Shown here one piece after another: positions 1 through 7,950 of a stretch of 64,000 nucleotides of DNA. The notes beneath the pieces are model-generated. The model did not search any database. It was given only the letters and a program-made list of their open reading frames with translations, and was not told the DNA's origin. This DNA is from Candidatus Bathyarchaeota archaeon. GTDB taxonomy: Archaea > Thermoproteota > Bathyarchaeia > Bathyarchaeales > Bathycorpusculaceae. The position numbers and the translations under genes are program-made. The stretch's first letter is position 1. Each line of letters starts with the position of its first letter. The DNA is taken from assembly GCA_963828195.1 (NCBI GenBank), contig CAWHDT010000003.1, forward strand, positions 96,001 through 160,000, written 5' to 3'.

Positions 1-1406
1 GTTCCTACTCCGGCTATGGTGAATGCGTGGTCGATAGGCATCTTGAACGGACCATTCCATTGGCGAATAGGCGGACTGATTGAATCCTGCAGTGCCTTCT
101 TGAGGTCGTCAATTCCCTTACCTGTTAAGGCTGAGACCTCCACAATCTTTGCCTTCTCATAGGGCGTTCCCCTCAGAAGAAGCTGGATTTTCTGCTTGAC
201 CTCCTCAATTCTCTCACGGGAAGCCAAATCAACCTTGTTTAGGGCGACTACAAGATTTTTTATTCCGACGTCTTTGATTATTGCGAAATGCTCCACACTT
301 TGAACCTGAAGACCAAGATCAGCAGCCACAACCAGCACCGCTGCGTCAATTATGTTAGCGCCTGCCACTGCATGCCTAACCAGGCTGAAGTGCCCTGGCA
401 AATCAACAAGAGTAGCCAGATAGGGACCTAACGTGAAAGCGGAGAAGCCCATGTCCAGCGTCATCCCCCGCCGGGCAGCGTCTGGCGCCTTGTCCAGAGC
501 AGCCGTCGAAGGTTTTTCAGTAAGCTGGATAGCGAGCATTGTTTTGCCGTGGTCAACATGCCCGAAAAGACCAACATGAACTGGGATAAGTCCTTTGCCT
601 TCAGTCATGGTGTAACTTTTTGCGACTGCGTTTGCTTCTCTGAGGAATAATTCCACCGCATCAACAGACTTCAACCCGTCTGCCAGCGCCTTGTGCACCA
701 CTTCTTTTCTGATTACTGAAAGAGAAATGCCTAAGTCCGGGTTCTTGTACCGAGTCATAACCTCCATCATGGCTTTTCGGGTTTCCCTCTCGATTCCCCT
801 TGCCCTAAGTGATTTCTCGTCTTCCACAACTTTTTTGGGCTTGGACCTGATTGGCGCTTCAAGCCTTTTGAGAACCGCGGCAACGATGGTGTTGGCGATC
901 TCTTCGATGCTTTGCTTGCTTGGATCGACTACGGCGAGTGGTGTGTCCCATTTGTAATCGCCCTTGGGCGGGTCAAGTTTCTGGTTGATTTCCTCAATGA
1001 GAGACTGCGGTATGGGCGATCCTCGTTCGTGGTTCCATTTAGTAGCTACCTCAATGGGCGTATCAACATAGACTATGTCGTAGTCAGAGCCTGCTCGTTT
1101 GGCAATCTGCCTCAGCTCGCTCCTCATCGACTTGTAGTAGTTTAAGTCATCGCTGATGACGAGAAAACCATTCTCCAAACCAGTTGCAATCGCCTTCTCA
1201 TAAAGAGCCTTCACCGACGCTTCCCGTTCAGGTTTGAATCCTTTGGAGGAGTACGAGAGCATCTCCCGAAAATCGTCCGAGCTGACAACCATGGTCGATA
1301 TCCCATGTTTGTCCTCAAGCAGGGAAGCGACGTTTTTGCTGATGGTGGACTTTCCCGAAGAGGGCAATCCGCACATTATAAGCAGGTAAGGATAACTCTG
1401 AGACAC
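1..1406 (-). CDS. pstK-selB: PSTK (O-phosphoseryl-tRNA(Sec) kinase) fused in frame to selenocysteine-specific elongation factor SelB; 3' end beyond window edge
   Basis: Manual translation from GTG at 1406 (TTG at 1418 is an alternative): PYLLIMCGLPSSGKST ... DDLNYYKSMRSEL ... YKWDTP (PSTK motifs). Continues without a stop (..EANAVAKSYT-MTEGKG.., ATG at 608, same frame) into GHVDHGKT, RGMTLDMGFSAF, DLPGH, NKVD, VSA and KMPIDHAFTIAGVGT, typical of archaeal SelB. Missing from the ORF track because there is no stop before the edge. Confidence 0.9.
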   Translation of the reverse strand, partial: MSQSYPYLLIMCGLPSSGKSTISKNVASLLEDKHGISTMVVSSDDFREMLSYSSKGFKPEREASVKALYEKAIATGLENGFLVISDDLNYYKSMRSELRQIAKRAGSDYDIVYVDTPIEVATKWNHERGSPIPQSLIEEINQKLDPPKGDYKWDTPLAVVDPSKQSIEEIANTIVAAVLKRLEAPIRSKPKKVVEDEKSLRARGIERETRKAMMEVMTRYKNPDLGISLSVIRKEVVHKALADGLKSVDAVELFLREANAVAKSYTMTEGKGLIPVHVGLFGHVDHGKTMLAIQLTEKPSTAALDKAPDAARRGMTLDMGFSAFTLGPYLATLVDLPGHFSLVRHAVAGANIIDAAVLVVAADLGLQVQSVEHFAIIKDVGIKNLVVALNKVDLASRERIEEVKQKIQLLLRGTPYEKAKIVEVSALTGKGIDDLKKALQDSISPPIRQWNGPFKMPIDHAFTIAGVG

Positions 1407-1615
1407 CGTTTTCCCCAATTGTCTAACCCATCTTGGGTTTATAATTCTGCCGAACGTCAGACTTGATGATTTCAAGTCGCTTAGCTAGTTTGGGCTAAGA
1501 ACATCAAAAATCACATTAAGCAACGCCATCTTAACGGCTTGCAGTATGAAGACCGGACCGTTGCAACGATATTAGCGCGGAGCGCAAAGTGTAGACACAA
1601 GCACATTTTAAGAGT

Positions 1616-2197
1616 TCATTTTGAGTTGGTCGGCTGATAGGTTGCTACTATAACTCCCTTGTCAGTCGTCTTGGAGCTAACGAGCTTCAATGAAGTGAAA
1701 GGAACACCGTCGGCAAAAAGACGACGCCCTTCTCCCAGAACCAGCGGATGAATTAAAAGAACATACTCGTCTATCAGATTGCTATGCATTATTGACCGTA
1801 TCAACCCGCCGCTGCCCATTATTACAAGATCCTTTTCTAGCTCTTTCTTCAGCTTAAAAAGCGTCTCTTCAACGTCGCCATTAATCAGCGTGGAATTTTT
1901 CCATGGCAAAGGTTGCTTTAACGTTCTGGATACGACATACTTTTGCGTGTTATCCATATATGATGAGTAAGGGCTATCTGTTCGCTTGGGCCAGACTTTA
2001 AAAAAGCCCTCATAAGTCGTTCGGCCAAGCAGCAAACCGCCTGCATTAGCCATTGCCTCTCCTGCTGAAGGCATGGCTGCATACGGCGCACCCCATCCGC
2101 CACGTGTAAAGCCACCACGAGTATCCTCGTCAGGTCGCGCCGGCGCCTGCATAACCCCATCTAAAGTCAAATTCATGAATACAATGATTTTACCCAT
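1616..2197 (-). CDS. Dihydrofolate reductase / RibD C-terminal domain family protein
   Basis: N-terminal LTLDGVMQAP, LLGRTTY, GSGGL, DEYVLLIHPLVLGEGRRLF motifs. Confidence 0.9.
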   Translation of the reverse strand: MGKIIVFMNLTLDGVMQAPARPDEDTRGGFTRGGWGAPYAAMPSAGEAMANAGGLLLGRTTYEGFFKVWPKRTDSPYSSYMDNTQKYVVSRTLKQPLPWKNSTLINGDVEETLFKLKKELEKDLVIMGSGGLIRSIMHSNLIDEYVLLIHPLVLGEGRRLFADGVPFTSLKLVSSKTTDKGVIVATYQPTNSK

Positions 2198-2199
2198 TC

Positions 2200-2590
2200 T
2201 TAGAAAGCTCCAGCAGCATTAGGCATATTCGGCAGTATCTGTTGTGTAATATCCCAGTACTCGACGATTTTATCGCCTTTGATGCTGGTATAAGTGAACC
2301 TGCCTCAACCCTCCTTCGCCGGGTTTAGATTTGGAGTTCAGAAATTCAGTGTGCGCTGCGACCAAGTCTCCGTCAACAAGGACATTTTTGACGAAAAATC
2401 CAGGTTCCATGTTCTGTGTATTTAGACCTTTACTTGCTGCAATCTGGGCATCGACCAAGTTTTCTATGCTTCCAGAAGTGAATGGATTATGTGTTTTACA
2501 GTCAGGCGCGAAAAAGCGTAAGCCTTCCTTGAACTTTCCCGAGCCTACTAATTTAAAATACTCTGCAACAATTTTTTTACGGTCTTCCAT
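2200..2590 (-). pseudogene. SnoaL-like/NTF2-like protein with a +1 frameshift near 2287
   Basis: ORF ends ..RQVHLYQHQRR*, but the shifted frame continues IKGDKIVEYWDITQQILPNMPNAAGAF* (TAA at 2200-2202), the usual SnoaL-like C-terminus. One extra base in TAC-CAGC-ATC explains it. Confidence 0.75.
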
Positions 2591-2650
2591 TTTTCAAATA
2601 ACCACCTAAAAATTAACATTTTACTAAAAATAGCCTACTTTAATAAACCT

Positions 2651-2758
2651 TTGCTGACGGCGATTTTTCCTGAAGAAGGCAATCTGCGCGTTACAAGCAG
2701 GTGAGATAACTCTGAGACATCCGTTTCCCCAACGTCTATTCAATCTTCAGTCTATAAT
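2651..2758 (-). repeat. Degenerate copy of the pstK 5' end and promoter (1336-1445)
   Basis: AAGCAGGTGAGATAACTCTGAGACATCCGTTTCCCCAA vs AAGCAGGTAAGGATAACTCTGAGACACCGTTTTCCCCAA; similarity extends over the P-loop codons and TATA region. Confidence 0.8.
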
Positions 2759-2884
2759 TGTGTCACATCTCACCCTTTGGCAAACGCTTGCTTGAAACTT
2801 GTGAGTTTACGCTGAGAAAAAACAGGAAAACATGTGAAAAAATAAAAGGGATAGATGGTATTTCTAGCATAGGAGAATGACCTT

Positions 2885-3493
2885 TTGAGGAAAATTATTG
2901 TTTTGTCGTTTATAACGCTCGATGGCGTCATGCAGGCGCCGGGTGGTCAAACGGAGGATACAAGCGGCGGCTTCAAGTACGGCGGCTGGGCATTTCCGCA
3001 TTTTGATGATTTTCTGGGTAAGGTTATGAGTGATCAAATGGGGCATCCTTTTGATCTATTGCTCGGTCGAAAGACCTACGACATCTGGGCCGACTATTGG
3101 CCCATGCACAATGACGAAAGGGACCCTGTTGGTTCGGGCATTAACAAAGCGACAAAGTTCGTGGCTTCGCATTCGCCTGTAAAATCCAGCTGGCCCACTA
3201 CTGTGCAATTACAGGGAGATGTTGCTGAAGCAGTTAAGAAGTTGAAACATCAAGATGGGCCTGAACTTCAAGTTCACGGAAGCGGCAACCTTATTCAGAT
3301 GCTCTTGAAAGAGGATTTGGTCGATGAGATGTGGCTAAAGATTTTTCCGATAACGCTCGGTTCAGGAAAACGCTTGTTTGCCGAAGGCACAATGCCTGCA
3401 GCATTTACTCTTATGGAATCCAGAACCTCGCCGAAGGGAGTAATCATAGCTTCTTACAGGCGAAGCGGAAAAGTGGAAACAGGATCGTTTTGA
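2885..3493 (+). CDS. Dihydrofolate reductase / RibD C-terminal domain family protein
   Basis: ITLDGVMQAPGG, LLGRKTY, HGSGNL, GSGKRLF motifs; paralog of 1616-2197. Confidence 0.9.
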   Translation: MRKIIVLSFITLDGVMQAPGGQTEDTSGGFKYGGWAFPHFDDFLGKVMSDQMGHPFDLLLGRKTYDIWADYWPMHNDERDPVGSGINKATKFVASHSPVKSSWPTTVQLQGDVAEAVKKLKHQDGPELQVHGSGNLIQMLLKEDLVDEMWLKIFPITLGSGKRLFAEGTMPAAFTLMESRTSPKGVIIASYRRSGKVETGSF

Positions 3494-3614
3494 GGCGAAC
3501 GCAAGTTACAAAAAAATGCCGTCGTAGCAGGCAAGCAGCGTATTATACAAAGCAATAAAAGAACAATCTGAGCATTTACTGCCAAGGAGCTCGAGAACGC
3601 CAGAGGTTTGTTTC

Positions 3615-4928
3615 GTGTTGCCGTTTGATAAGTTGAAGGCCACAATCCCCAAGAGCATACTTGACAGAGGCTTAACAGTGTTAGGCACGGAGTCAGAGCC
3701 GATAAAACTGCTTTTCGAGCAAAGACGTGTGCCCCAAGAAGGCTGGAAAGACAGCCAAATCGAAGAACTGCTGAATTTGCTGGCTACGATGGATTCTGAC
3801 AAGGACAGCAAAGCAGTTTTTCTTGGCGAAAGAGAGGGCAGGGTTGCGTCCCCAGCAGTTTCAAAGTTGGCAGCTGCATTTCACCATGGGGTAGGAAGGT
3901 CAGGCGACCTCACCGAAGCCCAGCCTAAAGCGGCAGGCGCGTCTCTGATGTATTTCTTCGCTAACAAATTGGCAACTGACGCCCTGAAAAGGTTCGGTGC
4001 GCCAAACATCAAGAAGGCAGTGGTTTTTCCTGTGGCAACGGGAATGACGCTTGCTCTTGCCTTATGCGCCGCAAGAAACCAAACTGGGGGAAAAGAGGTT
4101 GTTTACCCGCAGATTGACCTCAAGACTCCTTTGAAGGCGATTCGTCTTGCTGGCCTTCAAGAAAGAATAGTTGCAGGAGAAGTCTACGGAGACGCAGTAA
4201 ACGTTCCCACAGAAGAGATAGAAAAAGCAGTTAACGAAAATACTGCCGCGATTCTGTCAACAACCACGTTCTTTGCTCCCAGAGAACCCGATAAGATCAA
4301 AGAAATCGCAAAAATCGCGGAGGAGAAAAAAGTACCGCATATCATAAACAACGCGTTTGGAGTGCAGAGCCGCGAGATCATGAAGCTGGTGAGAGGCGCA
4401 GTTGACGCGGGACGCGTAGACGCCATAGTGCAGAGCACAGACAAGAATTTCCTCACCCCGGTCGGGGGAGCAATAGTCGCTTCGCCAAACGAAGAATTCT
4501 TAGACGCCGTTTCTGAAACCTATGCGGGGAGAGCAACAGCCGCGCCCATAGCGCAGTTCTTGGCAGCCGTGCTGTCGATTGGGCTGGAAGGCTACGAGAA
4601 GCTGAGAACCCAGCAAGAAGAGAACCGAAAGTTCCTTGAATCAGCCTTGAAGGAAGTTGCAGAGAGGCATTCGCAGCGTATACTGAATGTTTATAATCCG
4701 ATATCCGTGGCTATGACGCTGGATGGATTGGACGCCAAGAAAATAGGCAAAGCCTTGTACGCGGCAAGAGTCAACGGTGCAAGAGCGCTGGAGAAAAATG
4801 ATTTCGGAGTATGCTGCCCACAGTATGTCTCATCCTACATTAACTTTGACGCCAGCATAGGAATACAAAAAAACGAAATCACCCTGGCGGCAGAGAGGTT
4901 AGACAAGGTTTTGGAAACAGTGGCGTAG
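3615..4928 (+). CDS. spcS: O-phosphoseryl-tRNA(Sec) selenium transferase (SepSecS)
   Basis: GEREGRV, HGVGRSGDLTEAQPKAAG, PVATGMTL, FFAPR, HIINNAFG, VQSTDKNF (PLP lysine), YAGRA motifs of SepSecS; next to tRNA-Sec. Confidence 0.95.
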   Translation: MLPFDKLKATIPKSILDRGLTVLGTESEPIKLLFEQRRVPQEGWKDSQIEELLNLLATMDSDKDSKAVFLGEREGRVASPAVSKLAAAFHHGVGRSGDLTEAQPKAAGASLMYFFANKLATDALKRFGAPNIKKAVVFPVATGMTLALALCAARNQTGGKEVVYPQIDLKTPLKAIRLAGLQERIVAGEVYGDAVNVPTEEIEKAVNENTAAILSTTTFFAPREPDKIKEIAKIAEEKKVPHIINNAFGVQSREIMKLVRGAVDAGRVDAIVQSTDKNFLTPVGGAIVASPNEEFLDAVSETYAGRATAAPIAQFLAAVLSIGLEGYEKLRTQQEENRKFLESALKEVAERHSQRILNVYNPISVAMTLDGLDAKKIGKALYAARVNGARALEKNDFGVCCPQYVSSYINFDASIGIQKNEITLAAERLDKVLETVA

Positions 4929-5018
4929 TGGCGGCGTCCAAGGGGAATCGGACCCCGAGACCTTGCGGGCTCATCGGATTTGAAGTCCGATGCTAGGACC
5001 ACCTAGCCGTGGGACGCC
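4929..5018 (-). tRNA. selC: tRNA-Sec (anticodon UCA), 9/4 fold, CCA encoded
   Basis: GGCGUCCCA CG GCUAGG-UGGU-CCUAGC AUCGGA-CUUCAAA-UCCGAU GAGCCC-GCAA-GGUCUC GGGG-UCCGAUU-CCCC UUGGACGCC GCCA. 9-bp acceptor (one C.U), 6-bp D stem, 6-bp anticodon stem, long variable arm, 4-bp T stem, G73. Confidence 0.97.
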
Positions 5019-5131
5019 TCAATTGATGCTTTTCTGGTGTTGAAAGAATATATAATTTATCTATTCGTTGGCTGCAAAGCGCGTTTTCTCAGAATTTTTG
5101 GGGAGCGAGACAGCGGAGTTAAGGGAAGGCG

Positions 5132-5455
5132 TTATCCATCTCTGGGCACTATCTCTCTTATCTCCACGGTGCCGTTATTCTCAAGTATTGGACAGCCTTT
5201 GGCTATTTCAACTGCTTTTTCATAACTGTCAGCCTCCACGATTATGTACCCGCCTACAGTATCGCTGCCGAAGTCCATTGTCCTCACGCCTTTTTTGGAA
5301 ATTACCCTGCCCTCCTGCTTAAACCTGCTTCCTGGAATCTTGCCGGAAGCAACCTTACCTGCCCACTCCACAAAACGGCTTGAATATTCCAAAGTCAGTT
5401 CGCTCGTTCGCAAGCCCCCTTTGAAAAGAAACGCATATAAAGTCAACCGATTCAC
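5132..5455 (-). CDS. YciI family protein
   Basis: VGGYIIVEADSYEKAVEIAKGCP..GTVEIREI C-terminal pattern of YciI-like proteins. Confidence 0.75.
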   Translation of the reverse strand: MNRLTLYAFLFKGGLRTSELTLEYSSRFVEWAGKVASGKIPGSRFKQEGRVISKKGVRTMDFGSDTVGGYIIVEADSYEKAVEIAKGCPILENNGTVEIREIVPRDG

Positions 5456-5679
5456 CGAAATATCTTGCCCTATGCATCATAAAAAACCTATTGGCTATCT
5501 GCCACAGCGCGCTGGTCTGTCCCTGAAATCGTTTAATGTCTGTTTTTGAATTGGTTTATGCGTTGACAGGTTGACTTTACATTCTGCAACCTTTTACTCG
5601 CGTAGTTCACAAAAAGGTTCTGCCCAAGCACTTATAACTAATCTATGTCATATATGGAAACTTGAGGGAGAGGTGAAGC

Positions 5680-6852
5680 ATGTTGGCCTGTCCAGGGCGA
5701 AGATTTCGCTTGAGACTAAAGACATCGGTTACGGCTGTTCTTTTAATATCAGTTTTCCTTTCAAGCAGTATTCTCGTTCAAAGCGCGCATGCCTCAACAG
5801 CAACGGACCCGCTATTCACCAACCTTTCGCCGCTGACTATGATTCCAAATGTGGGGTCCTGCAACCCCTTCGCCAATTCCCTCGCCATTTCCGAAGGCTT
5901 CTTGTATGCAAGCGGCTATGAAGACCTCTCCACTAACAATACCAATTCACAGAGCGGTGATGGTGAGAGCTCTATAACGGGTTCCGGCCAAGTAGTGCGA
6001 GAGGCAGCCGTCTATGCCAACGGAAATGAGCCCATGGCCGTAGCTATCGTCTATGCAAGTTTGACGGGAGAGCTCCCTAACGGTGTTGGCGGTTTAGTCG
6101 GCGAAACATATGGATTGGCAAGTGCGTTTTTACTGGATTGGCCATATCTAATCTTTGACAAGACAACGGGAAAACCTTTGGATTCCAAAACATATTACTC
6201 CAACATCCCTCTTGACCTCAACTACCGCTTTTCTATGACCCCTACGGGGTGGGATGCATTAGCGCAGGGAATTATCTCGTTCGGAAATAACATAACGGCA
6301 GAGTATGAAGAAGGAATAGGAGAATCTGCTGGTGTTCCATCTGGAGGATCTCCTGAGGGAACACTTTCCTTCAATTATTCTGGATATGGCGGCAGCTCAC
6401 ATTATTTAATAATTGAGGCAACAGCCATAGCAGATTCTGAGGTAAGTTTGGACGCACAAGGGTACGGCGTTAATTCGCCTGTCTCTGAGGCGCAAGCGGT
6501 TGTGGATCCATATTTATATGTTGATCCATCATCTCCCTTGGCGGGTCAGATGCAAGTTTACGTGGGCACCACCGCCAACGCCAACCCAAGTGATCCTTCA
6601 CAGTGGACGCCGTCAGTTCAAACGCCGATAGACTTGAATAACATCCTTCCGTTGGCAACTCCATTTGCAAATTCAACTGCGTCTCCTTCATCTAGTTCAA
6701 CTCCAACTGTTTCCACGTCCCCCATAGTTCCAGAGTTTTCTAGCAAATTGCTAGGAATTACGTTAGTTGCCTCTATGCTCATAGTTTTGTCTGCGGTTAT
6801 CATTGCAAAGAAGAAAATAACCTGGAAAACCCAACGCGGTCAGCATTCTTGA
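5680..6852 (+). CDS. Secreted/surface protein with PEF-CTERM-like sorting signal
   Basis: N-terminal signal peptide, S/T-rich linker, VPEF + TM helix + KKK tail. Confidence 0.7.
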   Translation: MLACPGRRFRLRLKTSVTAVLLISVFLSSSILVQSAHASTATDPLFTNLSPLTMIPNVGSCNPFANSLAISEGFLYASGYEDLSTNNTNSQSGDGESSITGSGQVVREAAVYANGNEPMAVAIVYASLTGELPNGVGGLVGETYGLASAFLLDWPYLIFDKTTGKPLDSKTYYSNIPLDLNYRFSMTPTGWDALAQGIISFGNNITAEYEEGIGESAGVPSGGSPEGTLSFNYSGYGGSSHYLIIEATAIADSEVSLDAQGYGVNSPVSEAQAVVDPYLYVDPSSPLAGQMQVYVGTTANANPSDPSQWTPSVQTPIDLNNILPLATPFANSTASPSSSSTPTVSTSPIVPEFSSKLLGITLVASMLIVLSAVIIAKKKITWKTQRGQHS

Positions 6853-7082
6853 AGAAACGATTTGTACCTGACTCACTCTTTTGTTTTGCGTTTCAGGGCG
6901 TCTTTCAAAATTAACAGGCGCCCGCGCTCGAAAGGCAACCACTGGAAGATATGAGAAGCAGTTTCCCAAACTTCAATGCATAACATCGGGACAAGTCAGC
7001 GCGCATTTTTTATAAAACCAGGAAACTATACATCATTTTTATTAACCTATAGCCAGAGACTGTTTTTGAGTGGCGAATTCAG

Positions 7083-7526
7083 ATGGCGAATTTGTTTAAA
7101 ATCTCAAAATACGCTGTGGCTCTTTTAGTAGCTGGCGGGCTCGCCTGGTTTATTGCAGGATTGTTCTTTGGCGGATCCGTTGCGATCTCTTATTTTTCAA
7201 CCGGTTCTCTCGCGAAGGCGGGCATTGCAACCCCTGGCTACCCAGCCAATGCAGTGCGCCAGATGGCCTGGGATCAATTTTACATCAACCTCTATTCCGC
7301 TGTAATCGGGTTGTTCGCAATCATGATTGGACTGACGGCGTTCAGACGAGCGGAGAAATGGGCGTGGTATGCAACATTGGTCTTGGTCATAAATGGGGTG
7401 ATTACAAGCGTCTTTGATTATTTGAGTTGGGGCGGTTGGTACACCATATTCATTACTTCTTTGCCGGCGCTTCTTGCTTTGTTGTTCTCTGCCAAAAGCT
7501 TCTTCCCAGATGCGCGTCAAACATGA
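7083..7526 (+). CDS. Hypothetical membrane protein (about 4 TM helices)
   Basis: 147-aa hydrophobic ORF with AFRRAEKWAW motif. Confidence 0.7.
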   Translation: MANLFKISKYAVALLVAGGLAWFIAGLFFGGSVAISYFSTGSLAKAGIATPGYPANAVRQMAWDQFYINLYSAVIGLFAIMIGLTAFRRAEKWAWYATLVLVINGVITSVFDYLSWGGWYTIFITSLPALLALLFSAKSFFPDARQT

Positions 7527-7884
7527 AACCGATTGGCGGTCAATTACAAAATTAGGACACACATTCACGCTCGTAGGGCAAGTGGCAAGCCCCAGCCGCC
7601 ATCGTGCCGCACTTAATCGAACGAAATCGCCTTGGCGGCAGAGCCCGTTTGGTGCTTGGTTATGGGGCTGCAACGTATTTTGGGGAGCCGTCGGCAATTC
7701 AGGTATAAACCGATTGATACCTGCTTTTCTTGCTGCTTTTTATTTTCTGCACGGGGAACAGAAAAGCTTCAGCTTGATTTGGGTTCTGAACCAAAAAACC
7801 AGCTTAAATCAACCCTGACAAGATTAAGCCTACCCTAAGAGGATCTCTAGTATTTGCATCAAAATTCCAACGCAAATATGGGTT

Positions 7885-7904
7885 GAAAAACGAAAAAGAA
7901 GAAA
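7885..7904 (-). terminator. U-rich archaeal terminator after hdrA-mvhD
   Basis: UUUCUUCUUUUUCGUUUUUC directly after the hairpin. Confidence 0.5.
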
Positions 7905-7912
7905 GGGTTGGT

Positions 7913-7942
7913 TTCGTCCTCCCGCGACGGCTCAAGAACGAA
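7913..7942 (-). promoter_or_regulatory. Candidate SECIS element in the 3' UTR of hdrA-mvhD
   Basis: UUCGUUCUU-GAG-CCG-UCG-CGG-GAGGACGAA: 9-bp lower stem, purine bulge, 3 G-C pair upper stem. Starts 8 nt after the stop and lies before the U-rich terminator. Confidence 0.6.
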
Positions 7943-7950
7943 TTCTTCGC

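Noticed and set aside
1-608. EF-1alpha or aIF2-gamma
   Set aside because: STAALDK..RGMTLDMGFSAF and PIDHAF motifs plus the context indicate SelB.
691-1145. Plus-strand ORFs 691-957 and 912-1145, and many similar short ORFs throughout
   Set aside because: Antisense or alternative-frame shadows of well-supported genes.
3615-4928. SepCysS or another PLP enzyme
   Set aside because: GEREGR, GRSGDL..QPKAAG and QSTDKN are SepSecS-specific.
4929-5018. Opal suppressor tRNA-Trp or genetic code 4/25
   Set aside because: The 9/4 fold and long variable arm are Sec-type, and many genes here end normally at TGA.
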